The notes beneath the pieces are model-generated. The model had not been told where the DNA came from. It worked only from the letters and a program-made list of their open reading frames with translations, and ran no database searches. Shown one piece after another: positions 22,694-33,240 of a DNA stretch of 64,000 nt. The translations under genes were made by a program, and so were the position numbers. The stretch's first letter is position 1. Every line of letters begins with the position of its first letter. Source of the DNA: an uncultured delta proteobacterium (lineage in GTDB: Bacteria; Desulfobacterota; Desulfobacteria; Desulfobacterales; Desulfosalsimonadaceae); the NCBI GenBank assembly GCA_963826785.1, contig CAWGYD010000003.1:96001-160000 (forward strand), read 5' to 3'.

Positions 22694-24646
22694 ATGAAAA
22701 AAAACAGTAAAATAAGGTTTATCGCCGGGGCCACAGCCATCCTTGCCGCTATTTTATGCGGTGTGGCGGCGGGGGTAATGGTCTCCATTACCCGGGATCT
22801 TCCCCAGATTCGAGAATTGGAAAACTTCAAGCCATCAGCGGTGACTCGGATTTACTCGCTGGAAAAAACACTGCTGGCGGAATTATATACCCAGAGGCGC
22901 GATCCCGTGCCCATCAATCAGATTCCCGCCTATCTCCAAAAGGCATTGATCGCCACCGAAGACCGCCAATTTTATGAACACAGCGGCATCGACATCAAGG
23001 GGATCTTACGTGCGGTCATACACGACCTCATTGCCGGAGAATTCGTCCAGGGCGCCAGCACCATCACCCAGCAGCTTTCAAAAACCCTTTTTTTGACCCG
23101 GGACAAGACCATAGAGCGGAAGATCAAGGAGGCCTTTCTGGCCCTGCAGCTGGAGCGGCGGTACACGAAAGATGAGATACTTGAGCTGTATCTGAACCAG
23201 GTATATTTCGGCAGTGGCGCATACGGTGTGGAATCGGCTGCCCGAACCTATTTCGGAAAAAGCGTTCGCCAACTGGATCTGGCGCAATGCGCCCTGATCG
23301 CCGCCCTGCCCAAGGCGCCATCGGTTTATTCTCCGCTGGTGAACCCGGCGCTTTCGGTTCGTCGCAGGGATATCGTCCTCAAGCAGATGTTAGACACCGG
23401 GATCATCGCACCTGACCAGTATGAACAGGCGATTCATGAGACCTACATCGCGCCGCAAAATCAGACAAACGGAACCCGCGCCCCTTATTTTGCAGATTAC
23501 GTTAAAAATGTCCTGGAAAAAGAAATCGGAGCCGCTCTCCTGTACAAGGGCGGACTGACCGTTTTCACCACCCTCTCTTTCCCCCTGCAGGAATTCGCCG
23601 AGCAGGCTTCAGGCCGTGGGATCAATGCGGTCGCCGAAAGGATGGCCGGAAACCGGATTAAAGATCCCGACCCCCAGTGCGCACTGGTTGCACTGGATAT
23701 CCAGACCGGCGGCATTCTGGCCATGGTGGGCGGAAAAGATCACCGGAAAAGCAGGTACAATCGTGCAACTGACGCACGCCGCCAGCCGGGCTCGGCCTTT
23801 AAGCCCATCGTCTATGCACAGGCCATTGAAAAAGGATTCGAGCAGAACCGGCTGATCCTGGATGCTCCGGCGGCCTTTAAGGGGTCTTCACCGGAGGATG
23901 TGTGGCAGCCGGAAAATTTTTCCAATTCGTATCAGGGAGAAATGTCCCTGCGAAAGGCATTGACCCATTCTGAAAATCTGCCGGCAGTCCGGCTGATGGA
24001 AAAGCTCGGCCCCGCAGGCGTCAGTGCATTTGCCAGATCGCTGGGAATTGAGTCCGCATTATCGAACTATCTTTCACTGGCGCTTGGCACCTCCGAGGTC
24101 AACCTCATGGAACTGACGGCCGCTTATGCCGTATTCGCCAATCAGGGCAGCTATGTCCGTCCATACGGCATCACCGACGTGCTGGGGCCGGACGGGTTGT
24201 CCATCTGGCGGCCGAAAATGGAAAAGCGGGCGGTGATGTCCCGGACGGGCGCCGCCATTGTCACCGACATGCTTCAAGGGGTCATCAGTGAAGGAACCGG
24301 CAAAAAGGCCGGGGTCATTCATCACCCGGTTGCCGGAAAGACCGGCACCACCAATCAATGCCGCGATGCCACCTTCATCGGCTATTCCCCCTCCATCGCT
24401 GCCGGCGTGTGGGTGGGAAATGATCAATTCACGACGCTCGGGCCTTACGAAACCGGTGCTGCGGCCGCCCTGCCCATCTGGATTAATTTCATGCAGCAGG
24501 CCCTTGCCCTGCGGCCGTACCAGTTTTTCGACATGCCGGACAACGTGGTGAAGGTCGATATCGATCCTGACACCGGAAAACCCCTGCCGCAAGAGAGCGG
24601 CGGTGTTCCCGCCCTGTTTCGAAAAAGCGGCGCACCGGCAAGATAA
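22694..24646 (+). CDS. mrcA: Class A penicillin-binding protein (PBP1A family)
   Basis: N-terminal TM, EDRQFYEHSG, GASTITQQL, RKIKE, SAFK, KTGT. Confidence 0.9.
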   Translation: MKKNSKIRFIAGATAILAAILCGVAAGVMVSITRDLPQIRELENFKPSAVTRIYSLEKTLLAELYTQRRDPVPINQIPAYLQKALIATEDRQFYEHSGIDIKGILRAVIHDLIAGEFVQGASTITQQLSKTLFLTRDKTIERKIKEAFLALQLERRYTKDEILELYLNQVYFGSGAYGVESAARTYFGKSVRQLDLAQCALIAALPKAPSVYSPLVNPALSVRRRDIVLKQMLDTGIIAPDQYEQAIHETYIAPQNQTNGTRAPYFADYVKNVLEKEIGAALLYKGGLTVFTTLSFPLQEFAEQASGRGINAVAERMAGNRIKDPDPQCALVALDIQTGGILAMVGGKDHRKSRYNRATDARRQPGSAFKPIVYAQAIEKGFEQNRLILDAPAAFKGSSPEDVWQPENFSNSYQGEMSLRKALTHSENLPAVRLMEKLGPAGVSAFARSLGIESALSNYLSLALGTSEVNLMELTAAYAVFANQGSYVRPYGITDVLGPDGLSIWRPKMEKRAVMSRTGAAIVTDMLQGVISEGTGKKAGVIHHPVAGKTGTTNQCRDATFIGYSPSIAAGVWVGNDQFTTLGPYETGAAAALPIWINFMQQALALRPYQFFDMPDNVVKVDIDPDTGKPLPQESGGVPALFRKSGAPAR

Positions 24647-24683
24647 GCCTTGATTTAGACCCCATTGGTGCTAAAACACCCCT

Positions 24684-25145
24684 ATGATTCGAAAAGCCAC
24701 CATAGAAGACATCAAGGAAATACATCTCCTTCTGAAGCATTATGGCCAGAAGGGGGAACTGCTGGCCCGCCCCCTAAGCCGCCTGTACGACCATGTACGG
24801 GATTTTTCGGTATATGTGGAACCGGAAAATGGTCAGATCGTCGGATGCTGTGCGCTTCAGTTCTGCTGGGAGGACCTGGCGGAAATCCGCTCCCTGGCCG
24901 TAAGGGAGAACTTTACGCGCCGGAAAATCGGTACCCGTTTGATGGAAACGGCATTTGAAGAGGCGGGGCGGTTTGCGATCAAAAAATTGTTCACCCTGAC
25001 CTATAAACCCGAATTCTTTAAAAAGTTCGGGTTTATAGCCATCGATAAAGCAGAGCTTCCCTTAAAGATCTGGGCGGACTGCATCCACTGCGTCAAGTTT
25101 CCCGATTGCGATGAAACCGCCATGCTCAAAAATATAGCGGCTTAA
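24684..25145 (+). CDS. argA: Short GNAT amino-acid N-acetyltransferase (short ArgA type)
   Basis: WEDLAEIRSLAV, FTLTY, LPLKIWADCIHCVKFPDCDETAM. Confidence 0.8.
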   Translation: MIRKATIEDIKEIHLLLKHYGQKGELLARPLSRLYDHVRDFSVYVEPENGQIVGCCALQFCWEDLAEIRSLAVRENFTRRKIGTRLMETAFEEAGRFAIKKLFTLTYKPEFFKKFGFIAIDKAELPLKIWADCIHCVKFPDCDETAMLKNIAA

Positions 25146-26206
25146 GTGTAGATCAGGTTGTACTTCAGCGGTCTGAATTCCCATACTCTGGGCAGCGGCA
25201 GAATCTGCTGGTCCCCTACGGAAAGCCAGTAGAGTTCGGGTTTGAGTTCCCGCAATTTCCCGCTTTCCGGCGGCAGGGCATGGGAATTGTAGGTATAGGA
25301 AGTATGGAAGATAAACAGACCGCCCGTATTATGCTTGTCGATCATGTAATTCTTTTTGAAATCGCGGATGGGCATGTTGCTGGCATCGGCGATTTTGTTC
25401 ATTTCCTTGCCGGATAACTTGATCAGGACATACTTGCTCACCCCGTACTCGGAATACCGGATCAGCGCCCTCGACTCGCTGCTGGAGACATATACCGAGG
25501 AAATGCAGGGAACCCGCCTGAGATACTGCGCCCCCACGATGGCTGCGGTCCGGCGCCCGCCCACCATGTCCGGAAGACCATAATATTCAAAAAATTTCTT
25601 CTGAATATCCTCGGCGTATTTCTCTCCTTTTTCGTAGATGTCCTTGGAAATATAGCGAAGGTACTTGGCCAGGTCCTCTGCGGCTTCCGTGATGGGCCAG
25701 TCGATGCGGACATGGAAATGAGACAGCATGTACCGGTTCTTGCCGGTGGAGGAGGAGGGATCGCGCTGAATCAGCAGCGCATAATCCACCGGAAGCAGTT
25801 CGTCCATGAAATTATTGAAATGGGCCGATTCCAGATACTTCTGGGTGCGGTCAAATTCAGGTTCCAGCGACAGCGGCGTATTGGCGCGAAGCAGGTTTGT
25901 CTTGGTGGTGCGGTTGTTGTCGAAAAAACGGATATATTTTTTATGCTCGGTAGGGATGGTGTCTTCCACGAAAAACACCAAAAAGGAATTCTGGCATTCA
26001 TATTCAACCTTGGGTGTGCGGGCACGCGGCTTGAGTTCCCGGCGCTCCACAAACGGATAGGGGATATCCCGCGCGGCGAAATTCCGGTAGGATTGCGTCA
26101 GGGCCTTGTCGATCAGAAACTGATCGAGTTCATCCCGCAACAGGTTGTAATATGATCGCCTCAGCCGATCGGCAAGACTCAGTTCCTCTCTGATGCAACA
26201 GTACAA
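25142..26206 (-). CDS. Hypothetical protein (about 354 aa)
   Basis: Long ORF with natural composition; no motif recognised; start uncertain. Confidence 0.75.
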   Translation of the reverse strand: MYCCIREELSLADRLRRSYYNLLRDELDQFLIDKALTQSYRNFAARDIPYPFVERRELKPRARTPKVEYECQNSFLVFFVEDTIPTEHKKYIRFFDNNRTTKTNLLRANTPLSLEPEFDRTQKYLESAHFNNFMDELLPVDYALLIQRDPSSSTGKNRYMLSHFHVRIDWPITEAAEDLAKYLRYISKDIYEKGEKYAEDIQKKFFEYYGLPDMVGGRRTAAIVGAQYLRRVPCISSVYVSSSESRALIRYSEYGVSKYVLIKLSGKEMNKIADASNMPIRDFKKNYMIDKHNTGGLFIFHTSYTYNSHALPPESGKLRELKPELYWLSVGDQQILPLPRVWEFRPLKYNLIYT

Positions 26207-26295
26207 AGGCGTCTCCCGTGATCATTTTTCAAATTCCATTATCCATGTAGGGTGTCGTATCAAATTCCATTCAAATAGTCAACTGATATAATTGA

Positions 26296-26988
26296 CTATC
26301 TTTTATCCATTCGCTCCGCCCATGCGTAGATCGCCTTTCTATAGCGAACAGCGGCTGCCACCAGCAGTATGCTGACAACGAAGACAGCGGTGTATATTGC
26401 ATAATTCTGTGTATAGAGGAGATCCCCCTGCAGACTCAGCATCAGGGTTCCCGGCATGCGTCCGAAGGAGGCCAGGAGGATGAAAATCCCGAATGGCAGG
26501 CTCGACACGCCCAGCAGCATGCAAAGATAATCCTTGGGAAAACCGGGAATGAGGAAAAGGATCAGAAGCAAAACGATTCCCTGCCGCTCCAGGTACCGGT
26601 CCACTTTCTTCAACTGATCCTCAGGAATCAGGTTTCGGACAAAGCGCTTCCCCAGAAGGCGGCCGATCCAGAAATTAATCGCTGACCCGGATGCCAGCCC
26701 GATACTGGAATAAAAAAACCCGGGCAGTCCGCCGAAAAGATATCCGCCGACAAAGCCACTGATTTCCCCCGGAAATGGAGCGATGACCACCTGCAGGATC
26801 TGGATGAGGATAAATACCAAGGGGGCGGATGGCCCCCAGCCGGAGATAAACCGGTCAATTTTAGCCCGATCGGTGAACAGATAATAGAAGTCGACAAGCG
26901 GATTCCAAAACAGAAAAATGGCCGCCGCTGCCACGGCAATCAGCAGGATCGGATATCTGAATTTTTTTATGTATGCGGCAAGCGGCAT
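26296..26988 (-). CDS. TVP38/TMEM64 (DedA/VTT) membrane protein
   Basis: QVVIAPFPGE..GYLFG, FLIPGFPKDYLC, GRMPG; start uncertain. Confidence 0.85.
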   Translation of the reverse strand: MPLAAYIKKFRYPILLIAVAAAAIFLFWNPLVDFYYLFTDRAKIDRFISGWGPSAPLVFILIQILQVVIAPFPGEISGFVGGYLFGGLPGFFYSSIGLASGSAINFWIGRLLGKRFVRNLIPEDQLKKVDRYLERQGIVLLLILFLIPGFPKDYLCMLLGVSSLPFGIFILLASFGRMPGTLMLSLQGDLLYTQNYAIYTAVFVVSILLVAAAVRYRKAIYAWAERMDKR

Positions 26989-27052
26989 TATGGTGCAATT
27001 ATCGAAAGGCACCGCAGCATTTCCGTTTTAGTTTATTTAAGACCCGCTCGAA

Positions 27053-28228
27053 TTACGCCAGCGCAGCCACGCCCGGCAGTTCTTTTCCTTCCATCAGTTC
27101 CAGGAATGCCCCTCCGCCGGTGGAAATATAGGAAAACCGATTGGCCAGCCCGGTATTATGGACCGCCACCCCGGTGTCGCCGCCGCCGACAATGGTCAGC
27201 GCATGCGCATCGGCAATGCTCTGGGCCAGGGCATCCGTGCCCCGGGCAAAGGCGTCCATCTCAAAAATGCCCATGGGCCCGTTCCAGATGATGGTCCTGG
27301 CGTCTTCAAGGGCTTCTCCAAACAGGCGGGTCGTGGCCGGACCGATATCGAGCGCCATCCATCCTTCAGGAACCTCCTGAACGGGCACGATCCGGGTCTG
27401 GGCCTTTGGATCGACCCGGTCTGCCGCCACTACATCCACGGGCAGATAGAACCGGATACCCTTCTTTTCAGCCGCATCCAGGGTGGCGCCGGCGGTTTCG
27501 ATCAGGTCCGCTTCCACCCTGGAAGCCCCCATGTCGTGGCCGAGGCTCTTTAGAAAGGTGTTGGCCATGGCGCCGCCCACGATGAACTTATCCACCCGCC
27601 CCATCATATTCTCCAGCGCCCCGATCTTGGTGGAGGTTTTGGCGCCCCCCAGAACCGCGACCAGCGGCCGCCGGGGATGCTCCATGGCCTGGCGGAAATA
27701 ATCGATCTCTTTTTTCAGCAGAAAACCGGCCCCGCTCTTCGGCGCCTGCCGGACAATGCCGTCCACCGAGGCATGGGCGCGATGGCAGGCGGCAAACGCG
27801 TCATTGATGTAAACATCGCACAAGGCAGCCAGTTTTTTCGCAAATTCGGGATCGTTGCTCTTTTCCCCGGCATGGAACCTCAGGTTCTCCAGCAGCACGA
27901 CATCGCCCGGCTTCATCTGCGAAACCAGCTTCTCCACTTCCGGGCCGATGCAGTCGGGGGCCATTTCGATTTTTTTATCCAGCAGTTCGGACAGACGCCG
28001 GGCAGCGGGTGCCAGGGTCAACGCGGGATCGGGTTTCCCCTTGGGCCGACCCATGTGGGACATGAGGATCAGTTTTCCCTGCTGATCCAGAATATAGCGG
28101 ATGGTGGGCAAGACGGAGCGGATCCGGTTGTCATCTGTTATATTTCCCTGATCATCGAGGGGGACATTGAAATCCACCCGCACCAGAACTCTTTTTGATT
28201 TCACATCCAGATCTTGTATGGACCGCAT
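27053..28228 (-). CDS. pgk: Phosphoglycerate kinase
   Basis: RVDFNVP, LLENLRF, WNGPMG, GGGDT, ISTGGGA. Confidence 0.98.
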   Translation of the reverse strand: MRSIQDLDVKSKRVLVRVDFNVPLDDQGNITDDNRIRSVLPTIRYILDQQGKLILMSHMGRPKGKPDPALTLAPAARRLSELLDKKIEMAPDCIGPEVEKLVSQMKPGDVVLLENLRFHAGEKSNDPEFAKKLAALCDVYINDAFAACHRAHASVDGIVRQAPKSGAGFLLKKEIDYFRQAMEHPRRPLVAVLGGAKTSTKIGALENMMGRVDKFIVGGAMANTFLKSLGHDMGASRVEADLIETAGATLDAAEKKGIRFYLPVDVVAADRVDPKAQTRIVPVQEVPEGWMALDIGPATTRLFGEALEDARTIIWNGPMGIFEMDAFARGTDALAQSIADAHALTIVGGGDTGVAVHNTGLANRFSYISTGGGAFLELMEGKELPGVAALA

Positions 28229-28246
28229 GGCGGACTCTCCTTTGGC

Positions 28247-28525
28247 CTATTGATGATCCTTTGGTTTGGCTGATTTCTGGCGGAGATACTTGATTTTCGA
28301 CCACCGCCGCACAAAACCGATTTTTCCGGCAGCATATGCCCTGTTGACCCGCTCTTCCTCGAACCGGATGCCGGCCGGCCGTGTCATGGCGCTTCGCATG
28401 CATTCGGTTTTAAACTCGCACCGCATGCATTTTTCCGGGGAATGCCGCAGGCCGTCCTCCCCGGGAGGAAACACGATGTCCAGATTGCCGTGGCACTCGG
28501 GCCTGGAATTTTTTTGATCTGCCAT
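28247..28525 (-). CDS. Small Cys-containing hypothetical protein (92 aa)
   Basis: Start overlaps the radC stop; C...CxxC-x4-C pattern. Confidence 0.7.
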   Translation of the reverse strand: MADQKNSRPECHGNLDIVFPPGEDGLRHSPEKCMRCEFKTECMRSAMTRPAGIRFEEERVNRAYAAGKIGFVRRWSKIKYLRQKSAKPKDHQ

Positions 28526-29274
28526 TACCGCGATACCTGATTTGATCCCCTGGCCTGAAACTCCCGGGTAAAATTGGCGATGGTTCCGGCGTCCGCGAAA
28601 CTGAAATACACCTTGTCTCCGATCACGATGTGCTCGTGCACCGTAATGCCCATGGTCATGCAGGCAAACACCAGTTGACGGGTGATGGCGTGATCCGCAC
28701 TCGACGGCTCCGGGTCCCCGGAAGGATGGTTGTGCGCAAAAATCAGGGCGGCCGCCTGGTGCGAAAGGGCTTTTCGGATCACCTCCCGCGGATAGACGGA
28801 GCTTGCGCTCAGGGTCCCTTCAAACAGGATCTCCGAAGCGATCACCCGATTTTTTGCATCCAGAAAAACCGCCGTGAAACATTCGGTTTGTCTCGCCCCC
28901 ATCCGGTGGTACAGAAAATCAAACAGATCTCTGGAGTTGTTGAGCGGATCCTTCCGGGTCAGCTTCTTTTCCAGGCACCGGTCGGCCACTGCCTTGATCA
29001 GCCGGATTCCAAAGGCATTGACCGGGCCGACGCCGTCGATGGCGCACAAGTCGGCCACAGACGCTTCGAGCACTCCCGGCAGGGTTTTAAACCGCTTCAG
29101 CAGCGCCTTTCCCGCATCCTTGCAGTCTTTGCGCGGGGTCGCCAGGGTCAGCAGCATCTCGATGACTTCGTAATCGTGGAAACCCTCCAGACCGGAAGCC
29201 AGAAACCGCTCCCGAAGCCGTTTCCGGTGCCCCTCCCCCTTGTGCTTTTTGTTTTCAGTCACATCAGATGGCAT
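28525..29274 (-). CDS. radC: RadC/JAB-domain protein
   Basis: GHRKRLRERF, HhH-like IDGVG, VYPREV, AHNHPSGDPEPSSAD; start placed at ATG 29274. Confidence 0.9.
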   Translation of the reverse strand: MPSDVTENKKHKGEGHRKRLRERFLASGLEGFHDYEVIEMLLTLATPRKDCKDAGKALLKRFKTLPGVLEASVADLCAIDGVGPVNAFGIRLIKAVADRCLEKKLTRKDPLNNSRDLFDFLYHRMGARQTECFTAVFLDAKNRVIASEILFEGTLSASSVYPREVIRKALSHQAAALIFAHNHPSGDPEPSSADHAITRQLVFACMTMGITVHEHIVIGDKVYFSFADAGTIANFTREFQARGSNQVSR

Positions 29275-29429
29275 ATCGGCCGGACACTTGCTGCCTGTAA
29301 AAAAAATAACCTTGGCAAAGCCGTCCGCAAGCGGTTTCTGGTATTCAGGACGGCGCACGGATTCCTGCTCCCGCGATTTTCCAGATTAAATCCGATGACG
29401 ATGCCTGCCGTGAAGCCGGGCGATGACCG

Positions 29430-30455
29430 TCAGCGGATATCCTCGAGTTCATCTTTGAGATCCCGGGTCATCAGCTGAAACACGGCATCTTTTGGCGCCA
29501 GCCCCTCATAGAGGACCTGGTAGACGGCATGGGAGATGGGCATCTCCACGCCCATGCGATTGGAAAGATTGTACACCGACCGGGCGGTTTTCACCCCTTC
29601 GGCCACCATTTTCATGTCTGATAGAATCTCGTCCAGGGTTTCCCCCTGGCCGATCCGAACGCCCACCGTGTGATTTCGGCTCAGGGTGCCGGTGCAGGTC
29701 AATACCAGGTCGCCCACCCCGGAGAGGCCGGCAAACGTGTGGGGATTGGCCCCCAGTGCAAGGCCCAGGCGCCGCAGCTCCGCAAGTCCCCGGGTGATGA
29801 GCGCCGCCCGGCTGTTCAGTCCCAGCCCAAGCCCGTCCACGATGCCCGAGGCAATGGCGATCACGTTTTTGACCGCCCCGCCCAGTTCCACGCCGATGAC
29901 ATCATCATGGGTGTACACCCGGAAATACGGGGAGGCGAAAACCGCCTGCACATATTCGGCCACCAGCGGATCCTTTGCGGCCGCGGTCACCACGGTCGGC
30001 ATCTTCGCCACCACCTCCCGGGCAAAACTCGGGCCGGAAAGAACCGCCAGACGGGGGACAAAAGCGGGTGGCAGGATTTCTGCCAATATTCCGGTCATGG
30101 TGAGATGGGTCTTGTTCTCGATTCCCTTGGATGCAGAAACGACTACGGTTTCCGGGGCAAGATACGGGGCCATCCGGGCGGCGACATCGCGCATCACATG
30201 GGAGGGCACCACGATCAGCACCAGATCCTTTTTGGCCGCCACTTCAGACAGGTCCGTAGACGGCCGGATATTTTCCGAAAGCGATATCCCGGGCAGGAAA
30301 ACGGAATTCTCATGCCGGTTTTCAATGCTCTCCTTGACTTCCGTTTCAAATGCCCAGAGTTCGACTTCATACCCGTTTGTCCCCAGCAGACTGGCCAGGG
30401 CCGTTCCCCAGCTGCCGGCGCCCACCACCCCGATGCGGACCGAATGGCTGCCCAT
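29430..30455 (-). CDS. gpsA: NAD(P)H-dependent glycerol-3-phosphate dehydrogenase
   Basis: GAGSWGTA, SKGIE, SGPSFA, GGAVKNVIAI, GDLVLTC..SRN; ATG at 30455 directly after the gyrA stop. Confidence 0.96.
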   Translation of the reverse strand: MGSHSVRIGVVGAGSWGTALASLLGTNGYEVELWAFETEVKESIENRHENSVFLPGISLSENIRPSTDLSEVAAKKDLVLIVVPSHVMRDVAARMAPYLAPETVVVSASKGIENKTHLTMTGILAEILPPAFVPRLAVLSGPSFAREVVAKMPTVVTAAAKDPLVAEYVQAVFASPYFRVYTHDDVIGVELGGAVKNVIAIASGIVDGLGLGLNSRAALITRGLAELRRLGLALGANPHTFAGLSGVGDLVLTCTGTLSRNHTVGVRIGQGETLDEILSDMKMVAEGVKTARSVYNLSNRMGVEMPISHAVYQVLYEGLAPKDAVFQLMTRDLKDELEDIR

Positions 30456-30456
30456 T

Positions 30457-32946
30457 TTATTCTTCAACCTCTTCTTCGGATTCGCTGTCGGAATCGTCTT
30501 CTGAATCTTCCGAACCGTTTTCGGCCTCGGCCAGCCGGGCCGCACTCACCAGCCGCTCCCCGGGTTCCATGTCAATGAGCCTGACCCCCTGGGTGTTGCG
30601 GCTGATCACGGAAATGCCGTCTATGGGGACCCGGATGATTTTTCCGATATCGGTGATGAGCATGACCTCATCCGTATCGTTTACCACCAGGATAGTCACC
30701 ACCCTGCCGTTTCGCTCGTTGGTCTTTATGGTGATCACGCCCTTGCCGCCGCGCTTCTGCACCGGATACTCATCGATCAGGGTCCGTTTGCCGTAACCGT
30801 TTTCAGTGGCGGTAAAGAGCGTTTCGCCGTGGGTCAGCACTGCCATGCCCACCAGGAGGTCGTCTGCCGCAAAGCGCATCCCCAGGACGCCCCTGGCGGT
30901 GCGGCCGGTGGGGCGAACGTCCGATTCGTGAAAACGGATCGACTTTCCCGCGGCAGAGCACAAAAACACATCCAGGGAGCCGTCGGTGAGCCGGGCGGCG
31001 ATCAGTTCATCTCCTTCCACCAGGTCGATGGCGATGATGCCGCCGGCCCGGGGCCGGGACAGGGCCATGATATCGGTTTTCTTGATCAGGCCGGACCGGG
31101 TGGTCAGGATGACAAAGCTGCCGGGCGTGAACTCCGGCACCGCCAGGATAGTGGTCAGATGCTCATCTTCCCTGAAGTCGAGAAGATTGACAATGGCCTT
31201 GCCGCGGCTGGTGCGGCTTCCCTGGGGAATATCGTAGACCTTGCACCAGTACACGCGCCCCTGGTTGGTGAAAAACAGGAAGGTGTGGTGGGTGGAGGCC
31301 ACGAAAAGGTGTTCCAAAAAATCCTCATCCTTGGTCCCCATGCCGGTCTTTCCCTTGCCGCCCCGGCGCTGCTGGGCGTACATGGTGATGGGGTTGCGCT
31401 TGATGTAGCCGCTGTTTGAGATGGTCACCACCATGTCTTCTTCCGCGATCATGTCGGCAAGGGTGATTTCACGGGTTTCGGCCACGATCTGGCTGCGGCG
31501 CTCGTCTCCGAAATTTTCCTGAATTTCCGACAATTCGTCCTTGATGAGGTTTAAGATAATCCGCTCGCTGGAAAGGATTTCCTTGAACCGCGCGATATCC
31601 TTGAGCACCTCGATATGCTCCTGCTTGATCTTGTCCCGCTCCAGTCCGGTGAGCCGCTGCAGGCGCATCTCCAATATGGACTGGGCCTGGATATCGCTCA
31701 GTTCGAACCGGGAAATGAGTTTTTCTTTTGCCTCGGGCGGCGACGGGGAACTCCGGATCAGGGATACCACTTCATCCAGGTTGTCGATGGCGATGATCAG
31801 CCCTTCCAGGATGTGGGCCCGGGCCTCGGCTTTTTTCAGGTCGTATCGGGTCCGCCGGATGATGATGTCCTTGCGGTGAATGATGAAATGCTCCAGGATC
31901 TCCTTGAGATTCATCAATTCGGGCCGCTTGTTCACCACCGCCAGGAAAATGATCCCGAAATTGTTCTCCAGCTGCGTCTGCTTGTAGAGCTGGTTTAAAA
32001 TGATTTCGGGAACCTGGTCCCTGCGCAGGGCGATGGCGATGCGGATGCCCTCCTTGTCCGATTCATCCCGGACGTAGCGGACCCCTTCGAGCTGCTTGTT
32101 TTTCATCAGGTCCGCGATCTTTTCGATCAGGGAGGCTTTGTTGACCTGATACGGGATTTCCCGGACGATGATGGTGTCGGTCTTGTTGGCCTTGTCATGC
32201 TCGATTTCCACCTTGGCCCGGATGCGGATCTTGCCCCGGCCGGTGGTGTAGGCATCGATGATCCCCTGCTTTCCGTAGATGATTCCGCCGGTGGGAAAAT
32301 CGGGTCCGGGGAGGTACTGGATCAGATCCTCGACCTCGAGATCGGGATTGTCGATCAGGGCCTTGATGGCACTGGTCAGCTCCATCAGGTTGTGCGGCGG
32401 AATATTGGTGGCCATGCCCACGGCGATACCGGAGGAGCCGTTTAAGAGCAGTGCCGGAATCTTGGCCGGAAGGACGTCGGGCTCCTCCATGGTTTCGTCG
32501 TAGTTGAGATGGAAATTAACCGTTTCCTTCTCGATGTCGGCCAGCATTTCCTGCGCCAGCTTGGTCATCCGCACTTCGGTATACCGCATGGCCGCCGGCG
32601 GATCTCCATCCACGGACCCGAAATTTCCCTGGCCGTCCACCAGGGGATAGCGCATGGAAAATTTCTGGGCCATCCGCACCAGCGCGTCATAAACAGCGGT
32701 GTCGCCGTGGGGGTGATACTTACCGATCACGTCACCGACGATTCTCGCCGACTTCTTGTACGGCTTGTTCCAGTCATTTCGCAAATCCCGCATCGCAAAA
32801 AGAATGCGCCGGTGGACCGGCTTCAACCCGTCCCGGACATCCGGCAGGGCCCGGCCGATGATGACGCTCATCGCATAGTCGAGATACGACTGCTTCATCT
32901 CCTTTTCGATGCTGATTTCCGCTCGTTTTTCCTCGATCTGATCCAT
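30457..32946 (-). CDS. gyrA: DNA gyrase subunit A
   Basis: [22 protein letters not shown], GyrA-box QRRGGKG, acidic tail. Confidence 0.98.
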   Translation of the reverse strand: MDQIEEKRAEISIEKEMKQSYLDYAMSVIIGRALPDVRDGLKPVHRRILFAMRDLRNDWNKPYKKSARIVGDVIGKYHPHGDTAVYDALVRMAQKFSMRYPLVDGQGNFGSVDGDPPAAMRYTEVRMTKLAQEMLADIEKETVNFHLNYDETMEEPDVLPAKIPALLLNGSSGIAVGMATNIPPHNLMELTSAIKALIDNPDLEVEDLIQYLPGPDFPTGGIIYGKQGIIDAYTTGRGKIRIRAKVEIEHDKANKTDTIIVREIPYQVNKASLIEKIADLMKNKQLEGVRYVRDESDKEGIRIAIALRRDQVPEIILNQLYKQTQLENNFGIIFLAVVNKRPELMNLKEILEHFIIHRKDIIIRRTRYDLKKAEARAHILEGLIIAIDNLDEVVSLIRSSPSPPEAKEKLISRFELSDIQAQSILEMRLQRLTGLERDKIKQEHIEVLKDIARFKEILSSERIILNLIKDELSEIQENFGDERRSQIVAETREITLADMIAEEDMVVTISNSGYIKRNPITMYAQQRRGGKGKTGMGTKDEDFLEHLFVASTHHTFLFFTNQGRVYWCKVYDIPQGSRTSRGKAIVNLLDFREDEHLTTILAVPEFTPGSFVILTTRSGLIKKTDIMALSRPRAGGIIAIDLVEGDELIAARLTDGSLDVFLCSAAGKSIRFHESDVRPTGRTARGVLGMRFAADDLLVGMAVLTHGETLFTATENGYGKRTLIDEYPVQKRGGKGVITIKTNERNGRVVTILVVNDTDEVMLITDIGKIIRVPIDGISVISRNTQGVRLIDMEPGERLVSAARLAEAENGSEDSEDDSDSESEEEVEE

Positions 32947-32979
32947 ATCTCTCCGTTCAATTCCCTTTAAACGCTCGGA

Positions 32980-33135
32980 TTACCGGCTGACCAGTCCCAA
33001 AGCAGTCAGTCCCAGCAGGATCTCGTACATGATCATGGCCGTATAATTCTGAAAGAAATGAAAAACGATGCCGCCGCCCACGATGGCCGGAACGCCCATC
33101 AGAAGCAAAACACCCAGTTTTCTGCTGATTGTCAT
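32980..33135 (-). CDS. 51-aa two-TM small membrane protein (below the ORF-track cutoff)
   Basis: AAGGAG RBS then MTISRKLGVLLLMGVPAIVGGGIVFHFFQNYTAMIMYEILLGLTALGLVSR*. Confidence 0.75.
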   Translation of the reverse strand: MTISRKLGVLLLMGVPAIVGGGIVFHFFQNYTAMIMYEILLGLTALGLVSR

Positions 33136-33240
33136 TGGTAACTCCTTTATCATTCAAAAATCCTGATTGTCATCGTGCACGTGCCCATTTACGGGCACAT
33201 GCACGAAAAAACATGTTTCAACTGCAATTCGGTTGATGGA

